A stretch of 64,000 nucleotides of DNA from a virus (Duplodnaviria; Caudoviricetes), in the IMG/VR virus record IMGVR_UViG_2974716960_000001, positions 1 through 64,000 of that record. One strand, 5' to 3'. Under the pieces are notes generated by a model that was not told the DNA's origin, did not search any database, and saw only the letters and a list, made by a program, of their open reading frames with translations. This document shows positions 1 to 9,960 of the stretch, piece by piece. Positions within the stretch are counted from its first letter, which is position 1; each line of letters begins with the position of its first letter. Position numbers and translations under genes: made by a program.

Positions 1-67
1 TTAAGAACCGTTAAAAGCCCTGGAAAGTGCGACAAAACCGCAGGTCGCACCCACTTAGGAGGTCATT

Positions 68-445
68 ATGGGCGGTCGTGGCGCTCCGCACGCTCGGAAC
101 TACGGCGGGCGTGATCGTTCGTCTAGGAAAGCCTCTAGGGACGCCTACCAGGCCAAACCTCGCAATGCGATGGAGTATGCGCAGCAGTTGGGCGCTAAAG
201 AGGGCTGGGAATACTCCGAAAAGCTGATGACTAGCAGTCCATCGGGTGCTACTCGGCACATGTACGGGACGTTCACGAAGGGTGATGTGTCTATCGGCGT
301 GCAGTACACGGATAGGCCGCGCACTAAGGGCCGTATTTCGGATGCGGCGGTCCGGAAGAACGGTAAGCACACGAGCGATTATTTCGGCACTGCCAGCAAG
401 GATAAGCGTAAAGCGATGAAGGAACTCTTTAAGAAGTACGGGTAG
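68..445 (+). CDS. Hypothetical basic protein (first gene)
   Basis: GGAGG RBS at 58-62; codon style like neighbouring genes; ends 8 nt before terS. Confidence 0.6.
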   Translation: MGGRGAPHARNYGGRDRSSRKASRDAYQAKPRNAMEYAQQLGAKEGWEYSEKLMTSSPSGATRHMYGTFTKGDVSIGVQYTDRPRTKGRISDAAVRKNGKHTSDYFGTASKDKRKAMKELFKKYG

Positions 446-453
446 GGGGATTT

Positions 454-843
454 ATGCCACCACGCAAGCGGGCACCGGCTAAAAGTGCTGTTCCGGCGGG
501 GCTTATGGAGGCCGGGGAAACGCTGTGGACCAGCATTACTGCTGATAGGGAACTTGACGCTGCGAGTCGGGTGCTTCTACTCAATGCTTGCCGTATTGCG
601 GACAGGCTGGATCAGCTCGATACGGAAATCGGCGGTCGGCTGCTTTCTTATAACCAGCGGGGCGATGAAGTGATTAACCCGCTTATCTCTGAGCATCGTC
701 AGCAGTACACGGCTTTGGCGAACATTCTGGGCAAGATGGGGCTGGGCGAGTTGCCTAAGCCGAAGGCCGGTGAGTCGAAGTGGGATGAGCTGGCGAAGAA
801 GCGCGCGGAGCGTGCCGCGAAGGCCGCTGAGAAGGCGGGCTAG
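454..843 (+). CDS. Terminase small subunit
   Basis: Lies before terL; LLLNACRIADRLDQL...NPLISEHRQQ pattern typical of actinophage small terminases. Confidence 0.75.
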   Translation: MPPRKRAPAKSAVPAGLMEAGETLWTSITADRELDAASRVLLLNACRIADRLDQLDTEIGGRLLSYNQRGDEVINPLISEHRQQYTALANILGKMGLGELPKPKAGESKWDELAKKRAERAAKAAEKAG

Positions 844-1046
844 TGCCGGGGATGATGCAGTCCATTCGGTCTGGGCGCGGGGTTCTTTGTCCCTGCTGCG
901 ACGAGTGGACGGGTACTAGGGCGGCTGAGAAGCGCCAATGGACACGCGAGGCCGACGATGAGCGCGTCGAATACGAATACATGCTTAAGCGCGCCGCCGT
1001 CGCTGACGTTATTGATTCTCTAGAGATTGGATTTGGTGATGACTAA
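843..1046 (+). CDS. Hypothetical protein
   Basis: Stop/start-coupled to terS and terL; contains CPCC. Confidence 0.5.
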   Translation: MPGMMQSIRSGRGVLCPCCDEWTGTRAAEKRQWTREADDERVEYEYMLKRAAVADVIDSLEIGFGDD

Positions 1047-2614
1047 TGCCTATGACGGTCGCAGAGCCGTTGTCGGAGGAGGCTGTCGACCAGGCGCGGC
1101 TTGAGGCGCGGGTTTTCGCCGACGTTGCAGACCCTAACGAGAAGTGGCCGGAGCTTGTCGGCAATCAGAAGCCGCGTCTAAGTAACTATCCGACGTTCTT
1201 TACGTCGATGGCTGACGATGGCGTCGACTTTGTTGAGACGTTCGGCTACAACCTGCTGCCCTGGCAAGAGGCTTTGTTCAGGCACTCGCTGGGTGAAACT
1301 ATCGACGGCCTATGGTCGGCCCGCCGGGTGGGCCTAATCGTCGTGAGGCAGCAAGGTAAGACTGAGCTGCTTGAGGCGCGGGAGCTGTTCGGCCTGTTTG
1401 TGCTGAACGAGAAGATTTTCCATACGGCGCAGCAGGCTAAGACGGCAACCCTGTCTTGGCAGACGCTCCGGAACCGGATTGAGAACTATCCGGACTTGGC
1501 CGATATGTGTATGCGGCCTAAGAACGGCGGCGAGGAAACGTCGATCCGGCTTAAGGCCGGTAATGGCTATCTGGACGGTGAGCGGTTCGTCCGCTATATC
1601 GCTCGGTCTCCTGACTCTGGCCGTGGTTTCCGCAATATCGACTTGGTTGTGTGTGACGAGGCGTATGCCCTGTCCCATGCTGAGTGGGGTTCGTTGGGTC
1701 CGACTCAGCGTGCTAACCGCAATCCGCAGACGTGGTTCACCAGTTCGGCGGGTACTGAGGATTCCGAAATGCTTACGAAGCTTCGGGACGTAGGTATCGC
1801 TAAGGCTGATCCGAACTTGCTTTTTGCGGAGTGGTCGCTACCTGAGGGTGCTGATCCGACTGACCGCGCATTGTGGCCTGTGGCTCAGGCGTCTCTAGGC
1901 GCTCCGTTCTGTACGGTGCGCAACCTTGAGGCCGAGTTCATGGGAATGGACTTTGTTGAGTTCGCCCGCGAGCACATGGGCATGTGGGATGACCCCCGCG
2001 TTAACTCCGTGATCCCGATGGACAGTTGGGAAGCGTGCAAGCTTGACGATCTGCCTAATGGTGAACAGCCGCAGGTGGACGTTGAGTGGACGGTCGCTTG
2101 TGTGGACGTGGCTCCGGACCGGGCTTGGGCGTCTATTGCTCTGGCGGGTAAGCGTCCGGATGGCCGGTCTCATGTTGAGGTTCTGGTGGCCGACGAGGGC
2201 ACTAACTGGATTATCCCGACGATGCAGCGCTTGATTAGTTCGAGCACGCCACCCAGGGCGGTCGCTTTGCAGGCTGGCGCGCAAGCTGGCGCGTATTACG
2301 CCGAGCTTGAACAGATCGGCTACAAGGTCCACATGCTGACGCCTCAAGAGGTTGCAGCGGCCACTGCGAAGTTTTACGACGACGTGGTTAGCGAGAAGTT
2401 GACCCACTTGGACGACGACACGCTTGTGTCTGGTTTGGCCGGGGCTACTAAGTATCCAATCGGAAAGATTGAGCACGGCGGCTGGGGCTGGCTACGTAAA
2501 GGGACGAACGTCGATATCACTGGCATTGTCGCGTGTTCTTACGCCAACCGGATTCTGACCCTGGAATCGGCTGAGGAATCCATGACTAAGAAGAAGCGGT
2601 ACAGGATGGTGTAA
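1046..2614 (+). CDS. Terminase large subunit
   Basis: Walker A RQQGKT, Walker B VVCDEA, RNase H-like nuclease CVDVA; position. Confidence 0.95.
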   Translation: MPMTVAEPLSEEAVDQARLEARVFADVADPNEKWPELVGNQKPRLSNYPTFFTSMADDGVDFVETFGYNLLPWQEALFRHSLGETIDGLWSARRVGLIVVRQQGKTELLEARELFGLFVLNEKIFHTAQQAKTATLSWQTLRNRIENYPDLADMCMRPKNGGEETSIRLKAGNGYLDGERFVRYIARSPDSGRGFRNIDLVVCDEAYALSHAEWGSLGPTQRANRNPQTWFTSSAGTEDSEMLTKLRDVGIAKADPNLLFAEWSLPEGADPTDRALWPVAQASLGAPFCTVRNLEAEFMGMDFVEFAREHMGMWDDPRVNSVIPMDSWEACKLDDLPNGEQPQVDVEWTVACVDVAPDRAWASIALAGKRPDGRSHVEVLVADEGTNWIIPTMQRLISSSTPPRAVALQAGAQAGAYYAELEQIGYKVHMLTPQEVAAATAKFYDDVVSEKLTHLDDDTLVSGLAGATKYPIGKIEHGGWGWLRKGTNVDITGIVACSYANRILTLESAEESMTKKKRYRMV

Positions 2615-4270
2615 ATGGCTATTGAACTTCCCGAGGAAATCTCGGACGGTGACGTTCGGAAGTTCGTTGAGAATGAGTTGTGGCCGGAGTTTGTGCGTCG
2701 GCGCGACAAGTTGGACAAGATCGCTAACTGGGCGCGCGGCGAGCAGCCGGACTATTTGATCCAGAATGCTAACCGGGAGAAGCGGGCGCTACTTAAGCTC
2801 GCTAAGACTCCGTGGTTGGGGCTGGTGGTCACTCATTTCACCCAGGCATTGTTTGTGGACGGCTACCGGGCTGAGGGTTCTAAGGAGAACACTAAGGGGC
2901 CTTGGCAGACGTGGAATGCGAACAACATGCAGTCTCGTCAGATTGCGATTCACCGGGCGGCGCTGACCTATGGGTATGCGTATGCGCGTGTGCTGCCGGG
3001 TGAGGCGTGGGACGGTAAGAATCAGGCTGAGATTCGTGGTGTGTCTCCGCGTCGTCTGCTGGCTCTTTATGAGGATCAGATCAACGACGAGTACCCACGG
3101 TATGCGCTAGAGCTTGCCGCTAACGGTAAGTATGTGCGGCTGTATACGGACGAGTTCTATTACGAGCTTAAGATGCCGTCGCCGGGCAGTTTCCCTAACG
3201 AGCAGACGGTTAAGAAGGTTCGTCACGGCGTGGGTGTGTGTCCGTTTGTGCGGTACGTGAACATGATGGACCTGGACGGCTTCACTATGGGTGAGGTCGA
3301 GTACCTGGTGCCGGTGGCGTCGAAGATCGACAAGACGGATTACGACCGCCTGTTGGCGCAGCATTACAACTCTTGGAAGGTCAAGGTTGCTACTGGCATT
3401 GACGACCTGTCCGAGGACGCTACGCCGGAGGAGCAGGCCCGCGCGAAGTTGATCCTGGCTCAGGACGACATTCTGATGCACGGCAACCATGAGGCGAAGT
3501 TCTACACGCTGCCGGAGACGAGCCTTGATGGCTTTATCGCGGCGCACACGCAGGACGTTGAAATCCTCGCTAACAACGCTCAGGTGCCGGTGTGGATTCT
3601 TAATGGGCAGCTTGCCAATCTTTCGGCAGACGCGCTTACAGCGGCCACTAAGGGCACGATCCAGAAGCTTTATGAGCGTCAGGTGACGTTCGGGTCGGCG
3701 CATAACCAGTTGCTTCGGCTCGCGGCGCATGTCGAGGGCGATGAGTCGGGCGCGCGTGACTTCACGGCCAGTGTGTCGTGGCAGGACACGTCGGTGCGTT
3801 CGTTGGCTCAGGCTGTGGACGCTTATGGCAAGGCAGCGACGATGCTGGGTATGCCTAAGGAGTTCCTATGGGGTCTGATTCCGGGCATTACTAAGACGGA
3901 CGTTGAGACGATGCGCGAGCACTTCAACGACGACGACGAAATGACGCAGATGCTCTTGTGGTGGACGGCTAATGGTCCTGGCGGCGAGTTCGCAGCCGAG
4001 ATTGAGGTTGACACGCAGAAGCAGGTCATTGAGGCCCAGGGCGATGTGCAGAAGGCATTGCAGGATGCGCAGGCTAAGGCTCAGAAGGACTTGGCTAAGC
4101 AGAATGCGGAGGCTCAGCGGAAGCAGGCTGTGGAGGTCGCTAAGGCGACTCCGGCGCAGCCTGCCGGTGGGGCGACTCCGACTGCGCGCAAGACCAGCTC
4201 TACGTCCAAGCGGACGCCTAAGAAGTCCGGCGGGGTGAACGGTAACGATCCGTCGAGTAGGGCTGCATAA
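2615..4270 (+). CDS. Portal protein
   Basis: 551 aa directly after terL; SPP1 gp6-like features (WQTWNANNM, AALTYGYAY, NLSADAL). Confidence 0.92.
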   Translation: MAIELPEEISDGDVRKFVENELWPEFVRRRDKLDKIANWARGEQPDYLIQNANREKRALLKLAKTPWLGLVVTHFTQALFVDGYRAEGSKENTKGPWQTWNANNMQSRQIAIHRAALTYGYAYARVLPGEAWDGKNQAEIRGVSPRRLLALYEDQINDEYPRYALELAANGKYVRLYTDEFYYELKMPSPGSFPNEQTVKKVRHGVGVCPFVRYVNMMDLDGFTMGEVEYLVPVASKIDKTDYDRLLAQHYNSWKVKVATGIDDLSEDATPEEQARAKLILAQDDILMHGNHEAKFYTLPETSLDGFIAAHTQDVEILANNAQVPVWILNGQLANLSADALTAATKGTIQKLYERQVTFGSAHNQLLRLAAHVEGDESGARDFTASVSWQDTSVRSLAQAVDAYGKAATMLGMPKEFLWGLIPGITKTDVETMREHFNDDDEMTQMLLWWTANGPGGEFAAEIEVDTQKQVIEAQGDVQKALQDAQAKAQKDLAKQNAEAQRKQAVEVAKATPAQPAGGATPTARKTSSTSKRTPKKSGGVNGNDPSSRAA

Positions 4271-4287
4271 CTGAATAAGGGGGATGG

Positions 4288-5343
4288 GTGGCTGAGGACG
4301 ACCAGGACGATAGGGACGACAAGGCCACTCTCCCGTTGATCGCGGTTCCTGCCCTGGCCGCTTGGTATGCGACTCAGCATGTCGAGCGCCAGGAGCAGAT
4401 CGCGGCGACGACTGCGGCGGGGCTGGCCCTGCTGTGGCCGATCATGAACTTTGGCGATCTGGACGGCTCAACTCCGTCTTGGCTGCACGCCACCACGCTA
4501 CAAATCAAAATGGGCTGGGATGAATCCAGCGAAGCGGCGTTTGAGTATGTGCAGCAGGCTTTGTTTTCGAGTGAGCCAGACGCTACGCCACCTGTTAAGG
4601 CGGCGGTGAGTTTTCCCGCGCAGGAGATTCAAACTGCGATGCGGGTTCGCGGTCCGGTTGAGGTTAAGCGCCAAGTTGCGCGCGCTAAGCCTGAGGCGGA
4701 AGCGATGGAAGCCGGTAAGGCTAAGTCCGAAGGGACGGGTGCCACTAAGGCGACTGACGGCGGTCGCTCTGAGGTTTTGCAGTTCGTGCAGCGAGAGGCC
4801 CCCCGGCGGTTAAAGCAGGGTAGGGCTATCGGGTACGCGCGTAAGACCGACAACAATCCGTGCTACTTCTGCGCCATTTTGGCGTCACAGGGTGCGGTTT
4901 TCTACAAAGAAGACGCTTTTGCGGTGTCGAACAGCAAGCTTCGGCAGGTTAAGTGGTCCTCCAATAGTGACAAGGGCGCGAGGCGCGCGTTCATCGGTGA
5001 TGGACCGGCGAAGGTGCATGACAACTGTCAATGCACGATGCGACCGGTCTTTAGTGAAAAAGACAAATGGGATGAGCGCGCTAAGTATTTCCTTGATTTG
5101 TGGGAACAGTATGGTCACGGCACGTACGTGGACGGCAAGTATTTGTCGCCTGAGGCGAACTTTCGCCGGAACTATACGCCACCCCCACCTTACAGCGCAG
5201 ATGTGCTGGATTTAAGCGAGCGCCGGAAGATTATTGCCGACGTTCAAAAGAACCGTGAGCGCCTTCTAGCTCGCGGGTTTAAGGCGGATTCGCCAAACGT
5301 CAAATTTATTGACGATTCGATTAAGAGACTAAGCATCGCTTAG
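4288..5343 (+). CDS. Capsid maturation protease / MuF-like minor head protein
   Basis: Between portal and scaffold; PCYFCAILASQG...HDNCQCT motif. Confidence 0.7.
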   Translation: MAEDDQDDRDDKATLPLIAVPALAAWYATQHVERQEQIAATTAAGLALLWPIMNFGDLDGSTPSWLHATTLQIKMGWDESSEAAFEYVQQALFSSEPDATPPVKAAVSFPAQEIQTAMRVRGPVEVKRQVARAKPEAEAMEAGKAKSEGTGATKATDGGRSEVLQFVQREAPRRLKQGRAIGYARKTDNNPCYFCAILASQGAVFYKEDAFAVSNSKLRQVKWSSNSDKGARRAFIGDGPAKVHDNCQCTMRPVFSEKDKWDERAKYFLDLWEQYGHGTYVDGKYLSPEANFRRNYTPPPPYSADVLDLSERRKIIADVQKNRERLLARGFKADSPNVKFIDDSIKRLSIA

Positions 5344-5393
5344 GACGCGGAACAGTCACGCGTTTTATTGACTGGCTTTTTGAGGAATTTTCT

Positions 5394-5996
5394 ATGTCTG
5401 ATATTGACCCTGACAACAACGATCCTGTCGAAAACGATCCTGCTGGCGGCGATCCCGTTGAGAAGTCTGAGAGCACGTTTAAGGCGATTACCTCTCAGGA
5501 TGAGTTCGACAAGGCTGTTGCGCGCCGGGTGGCGCGTGAGCGGAAGAAGTACGAAGGCTTTGAGGACTTTAAGACCAAGGCTGAACAGTTCGACCAGCTT
5601 GAGGCTGAGAAGGGTTCGGATATCGAGAAGCTGACTCGTCGTGCCGAGAAGGCCGAGAGTGAGCTAACCAAGCTGACCGAGAAGCTGACTAAGGCTGAGC
5701 GGAATGAGCTGGTACGCGATATCGCGGATGAAATGGGTCTGCCTAAGAAGCTCGCTAAGCGGGTTCAGGGAGATTCTGAGGAAGATATTCGCGCAGACAT
5801 TGAGGATCTTCTAGAGGGCTTGCCAAAGGGCGAACAGAAGGTCGAGAAGAAGGACGACGACGGCGATAAGAAGAAGCCGCCTGCTCAGTCCCCTAAGGCT
5901 CGTATGACTTTCACGTCGACTGGTGATCAGTCGGATGACGGTTTGGAGCTTAGTGCTGACGACATTCTTAAGGACATTCCGCGAGGCAGCGCTTAA
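5394..5996 (+). CDS. Scaffolding protein
   Basis: Acidic coiled-coil protein immediately before capsid; FKAITSQDEFDKAV...RERKKY pattern. Confidence 0.85.
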   Translation: MSDIDPDNNDPVENDPAGGDPVEKSESTFKAITSQDEFDKAVARRVARERKKYEGFEDFKTKAEQFDQLEAEKGSDIEKLTRRAEKAESELTKLTEKLTKAERNELVRDIADEMGLPKKLAKRVQGDSEEDIRADIEDLLEGLPKGEQKVEKKDDDGDKKKPPAQSPKARMTFTSTGDQSDDGLELSADDILKDIPRGSA

Positions 5997-6038
5997 TTAG
6001 CAGTCAATAACTTAATAACAAATTAATAGGAGAAACAT

Positions 6039-7187
6039 ATGGCACACATTTTCGTGAAGCCGGAACTCGTCGCTGAGATTGGCGTTAAGCAGCTACAGCG
6101 CGAGATCGTTCTACCTGGCCTGGTGTGGACTAACCCGCTGACCAATTTCGGTGGTTCTAAGAACGACACGATTACCGTGCGCGTTCCTGCCATCACCACG
6201 GCTAACCGGCGTGACCTGCGCGATACGGACCGTTCGGTCGTCGCTTCTGAGCTGGTCGAGCACTCATTCGGCGTGACGCTGGATAAGCACATTTACGCTG
6301 CGCTGAAGTTCACGGATGAGCAGCGCACGCTTGATATCCGCGACTACACGTCGCAGGTGCTTGTCCCGCAGGTCTCGGCTGTTGCTTACGAGCTTGAGGA
6401 TTACATTGCTGAGCTGATTGAGGGCGCTCCGTACGAAGAGACGATCCTGATTGATCCTTCGGATACGGTGCCGTCGTTTATCACGGCTGATCAGCGCATG
6501 GGTGAGGCGTTCGTGCCTACCGATGGCCGGACCCTGGTGGTCGGTTCTGCTGTGGCTGCGGCTCTGGCTAAGGATAAGCAGTTCCGTCATGCCGATTGGT
6601 CTGGCGATCAGGCTAACTCGGCTCTGCGTGAGGCCCATGTGGGTCGTCTGGCCGGTATGAACGTGATCCGTTCTCTGGCTATCGCTCCGGATAAGGCTTA
6701 TCTGTGGCACCGTACCGCCTTCATCCTGGCTTACCGGACTCCGGTTGTGCCTGAGGGTGCTAAGGCCGGTGCTTCGTTCTCGGCTAACAACGTGGCTCTG
6801 CGTTGGCTGGCTGACTACGACTACAGCCAGCTTGGCGACCGGACCCTGCTTGACGTGTTCACTGGCCGCAAGGTCGTGACCGAGGTCGACGGGTCGTTCG
6901 TGCGCGCTGTGGAGCTACAGCTAACCGCTTCGGGCATCTCGATTGTGGGTGGCGACTTCGCGCTTGCGACTCGGACGGGTACGCGGCAGCTCAAGGTGCG
7001 TGACGACAACGGCACGGACGTGACGGCTCGCTGCACGTTCCAGTCGGCCACGGCCAGCAACGCGACCGTTTCGGCTTCTGGCCTGGTGACGGGTGTCGCG
7101 GCTGGTACGTCGGTGATCACGGCCTCTTACGTTCCGCCTCAGGGTGGCGCGGCTAAGACGGCTACCGCTACGGTCACCGTTCCTTAG
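6039..7187 (+). CDS. Major capsid protein with C-terminal Ig-like domain
   Basis: Position and strong RBS; actinophage capsid motifs (GSKNDTITVRVP); C-terminal ATVSASGLVTGVAAGTSVITAS Ig-like segment. Confidence 0.92.
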   Translation: MAHIFVKPELVAEIGVKQLQREIVLPGLVWTNPLTNFGGSKNDTITVRVPAITTANRRDLRDTDRSVVASELVEHSFGVTLDKHIYAALKFTDEQRTLDIRDYTSQVLVPQVSAVAYELEDYIAELIEGAPYEETILIDPSDTVPSFITADQRMGEAFVPTDGRTLVVGSAVAAALAKDKQFRHADWSGDQANSALREAHVGRLAGMNVIRSLAIAPDKAYLWHRTAFILAYRTPVVPEGAKAGASFSANNVALRWLADYDYSQLGDRTLLDVFTGRKVVTEVDGSFVRAVELQLTASGISIVGGDFALATRTGTRQLKVRDDNGTDVTARCTFQSATASNATVSASGLVTGVAAGTSVITASYVPPQGGAAKTATATVTVP

Positions 7188-7198
7188 TCGAGGCTCTT

Positions 7199-7663
7199 AT
7201 GGCGGGTCTAGCGTCCGTTCAGGACTTGCAGACCCTCATGTCTCAGACGTTTGAGGGCGATGAGCTAGAGCAGGCCCAGCTTGTTCTAGACATTGTTTCC
7301 TCGTGGGCGCGGGTGGTGTCGGGTCGAGCGTGGCCCGACGCCCCCGCCGACGTTCCTGACGATGTGCGGGCTGTTGTGTTGCAGGCGTCCCGCCGGGAGC
7401 TTAAGAACCCTGACCGCGTTATCTCGCGGCAGATGGGTCCGTTCAACGTCCAGTATTCCCAGCCGCCGGACGGGTTCTTTTACCCGGCTGAGTTGGCGAT
7501 CCTTAAGCGCTTTAAGCGTAGCGGGGGGTTGCAGACGGTGAGCACTTCTCGCGGCGAGGAAGGACGGCCTTGGGCCGGTAAGACGGCCTTTATTCGATAC
7601 GGGGACGGCATGTTCCCGTTCTGTAGCGAGGACGACGGGTACGGAGACGTGGTGCCCTGGTGA
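7199..7663 (+). CDS. Head-to-tail adaptor
   Basis: After capsid; NPDRVISRQMGPF motif of Gp19/Gp15-like adaptors. Confidence 0.75.
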   Translation: MAGLASVQDLQTLMSQTFEGDELEQAQLVLDIVSSWARVVSGRAWPDAPADVPDDVRAVVLQASRRELKNPDRVISRQMGPFNVQYSQPPDGFFYPAELAILKRFKRSGGLQTVSTSRGEEGRPWAGKTAFIRYGDGMFPFCSEDDGYGDVVPW

Positions 7664-7998
7664 ACGAAGAGACTTTAACCGTTCGCCGGGGCGATACGGA
7701 TAAGTACGGCAATCCGAACAAAGAGGTTCACGGCACAGTTAAGGGCATTTTTGCGTGGGGGCCGGGGACCAGCACCAACAAGTTTGGCCGTAAGCAGAAT
7801 TTCAAGGGTGAGAGTTCAAGCCTGACTGCGGAGCTGTATGTGAAGCGGGGCGCGGACCTTAAGGCTCGGGATCGTATCGAGCGTGGCAACGGTGAGGTTT
7901 ACACCGTCGTTGGTCATGCAATGTGGGATCAGGGGCACGCCTTTGATGGGTTCGACTTCGGCTACATGGTGTTTCAGGTGGAGGCGGTGAATGGGTAA
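7660..7998 (+). CDS. Head-to-tail stopper
   Basis: Synteny; DKYGNP, ARDRI motifs. Confidence 0.65.
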   Translation: MNEETLTVRRGDTDKYGNPNKEVHGTVKGIFAWGPGTSTNKFGRKQNFKGESSSLTAELYVKRGADLKARDRIERGNGEVYTVVGHAMWDQGHAFDGFDFGYMVFQVEAVNG

Positions 7999-8429
7999 TG
8001 CCTGCGGCTGGTACAACGATTGGTCACAGGCTTACTGACATTCAGATTCCGAACCCGAACCGTGGTTTGGCGCAAATTCTGCTTAGTCCAAACATGGAAC
8101 TGCTCATGGGCATTATCGGCCAGGAGGTCGTGCTTGCTTATCGAGCGGGTGTTGCTAAGCGGTCCGGAAAGCTTATGTCGTCTGCCGGTGCGGAAACGAT
8201 CATTGGCGGTAAGAAGAATGACCGCTGGGTTTCGCACGTCACTGTTGGCGGCGAGACGGCTGTGTCGACGTGGCACAGTCCGCGTAACCCTAATCCTGGC
8301 GACCTGTTCTTTTACGGCGTTCTTCATGAGCACGGCGACGGTGGTAACCCGCCTTCGGGTTGGGACTTCCCTGCGCATAAGGATTTGAAGAAGGCCGTTG
8401 CTGTCGTTAAGGCGAAGAACGGCGCTTAA
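7998..8429 (+). CDS. Neck/tail-completion protein
   Basis: Synteny; coupled start and stop. Confidence 0.55.
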   Translation: MPAAGTTIGHRLTDIQIPNPNRGLAQILLSPNMELLMGIIGQEVVLAYRAGVAKRSGKLMSSAGAETIIGGKKNDRWVSHVTVGGETAVSTWHSPRNPNPGDLFFYGVLHEHGDGGNPPSGWDFPAHKDLKKAVAVVKAKNGA

Positions 8430-8438
8430 GGGGGGCTT

Positions 8439-8942
8439 ATGTCTTTGGTTCTGCCGGATTGGTACGAACATAATTTCGTAAACATCGAGAACCTGTTTAT
8501 CGACATTTTCACGAAACTGCTACCGAATTATGAGTCGGGGTGTTGGTTGCCTGACGACTGGCTTGATAATGCGGACCCTGACCCTACGTTGTGGTTCTTC
8601 CGGATGCCGGGGGGCCAGGTTGCCTGGGACGCCCGTAAGGACGAGTGCCAGTTGCAGGTCATGGCCGTTACTGGCTCGCGCGATGACTCGTGGGAGCTTA
8701 TGAACTTCGTCCGTTCGATCCTGCTACCGATGCAGGGGGACAAGTTCAAGATGGCTGACGGCTATACGGCGCAGATTCGCTGCGACAAAGAAGTGGCCGG
8801 GCCGCAATTGCTGACGCCGAATCAGAGGATCGACAACCGCGTTGTCACGGCGACGTTCCAAGTTTCTGTGTCGATGAAAACCGCGAAGAACTACAAGCAG
8901 TTCCTTTATGCCTTATGGCATGGGATGACGGGTAGTCCGTAG
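8439..8942 (+). CDS. Tail terminator protein
   Basis: Immediately before major tail protein; typical size. Confidence 0.7.
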   Translation: MSLVLPDWYEHNFVNIENLFIDIFTKLLPNYESGCWLPDDWLDNADPDPTLWFFRMPGGQVAWDARKDECQLQVMAVTGSRDDSWELMNFVRSILLPMQGDKFKMADGYTAQIRCDKEVAGPQLLTPNQRIDNRVVTATFQVSVSMKTAKNYKQFLYALWHGMTGSP

Positions 8943-8969
8943 CGAATAATTGAATAAGGACAACTTAAT

Positions 8970-9872
8970 ATGACGGATTTTTACACGATTAAGGACGCGC
9001 AGGCCGACCTAGCGATTGCGCCTCTGAACCTTACCGTGCTTCTGGCTCCGTATTCGGTGACTCCGGCGCTGACGCTTGAGTCTGCTGTTGACGGGTCGCT
9101 GGAAATTCCTGCTGGCTACAAGTCTGTGGGCCATTTCCAGAAGCAGGCGGGTCTTACGCTCGGTAACGAGTTCGACTCGAAGGATATTGAGGCTTACGGC
9201 GAGCCTGAGCCTATCCGCACGATTATCAATAAGCGGACCACGACGTTCGACTTCTCGATGTACCAGAATCAGCGCAATGTGCTTGAGCTGATCTGGACTC
9301 AGGACTTCTCGGACGTTCAGCCTTCGGAGTTCGGTGGCATTGTTCTGGAAGCGCCTAAGGTGCCGAAGAACATCTACTACCGGGCGATCCTGGTTGGTCT
9401 GGATGACCGTAACGACCGTGAGGTCTGGGTCTACTGGCTGATGCCGAAGGTGAAGCTGGATCGGCTGGATAACCAGACGCTCAACGACGATAACGTCCTT
9501 GAGTACAAGCCGACGCTTAAGGCGTTCCGTGACGATGTTGTGGGCTACTCGGTGGCTCAGGGCTTCGCGGGGCCGGGCTGGCGCGACATTGTGGCTACGG
9601 CTGGTTTCGGCCAGGCGCTTACCGCTCTGACGATCACGCCTGCGGCTCCGACTGTCACGGTGGCTACCGGCGCGAGCCATACGGCTCAGCTTCTGGTTGA
9701 GGGTGACAACGGCATTAACTACACGCCGGATTGCACCTTTGAGTCGAGCGATCCGCTTAAGGCGAGCGTTTCGGCTAACGGTCTGGTGACCGGTGTTGCG
9801 GCTGGTACCGCGACGATCACGGCTAAGAAGGGCGCGCTGACGGCTACGGCCACGGTGACGGTTACTGCTTAG
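8970..9872 (+). CDS. Major tail (tube) protein with C-terminal Ig-like domain
   Basis: Synteny; SKDIEAYGEPEPIR motif; C-terminal SVSANGLVTGVAAGTATITA Ig-like segment. Confidence 0.92.
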   Translation: MTDFYTIKDAQADLAIAPLNLTVLLAPYSVTPALTLESAVDGSLEIPAGYKSVGHFQKQAGLTLGNEFDSKDIEAYGEPEPIRTIINKRTTTFDFSMYQNQRNVLELIWTQDFSDVQPSEFGGIVLEAPKVPKNIYYRAILVGLDDRNDREVWVYWLMPKVKLDRLDNQTLNDDNVLEYKPTLKAFRDDVVGYSVAQGFAGPGWRDIVATAGFGQALTALTITPAAPTVTVATGASHTAQLLVEGDNGINYTPDCTFESSDPLKASVSANGLVTGVAAGTATITAKKGALTATATVTVTA

Positions 9873-9890
9873 TCGCAGTTTGGGGGGAAT

Positions 9891-9930
9891 GAGGGGAGCG
9901 GGCTTTGGTTCGCTCCCCTCTCCCTTTGTT
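9891..9930 (+). terminator. Hairpin / probable intrinsic terminator after major tail gene
   Basis: GAGGGGAGCG (9891-9900) pairs perfectly with CGCTCCCCTC (9911-9920); followed by TCCCTTTGTT. Confidence 0.65.
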
Positions 9931-9960
9931 GTCTTAATTATCTAAGGGGGAAAGAATCTT

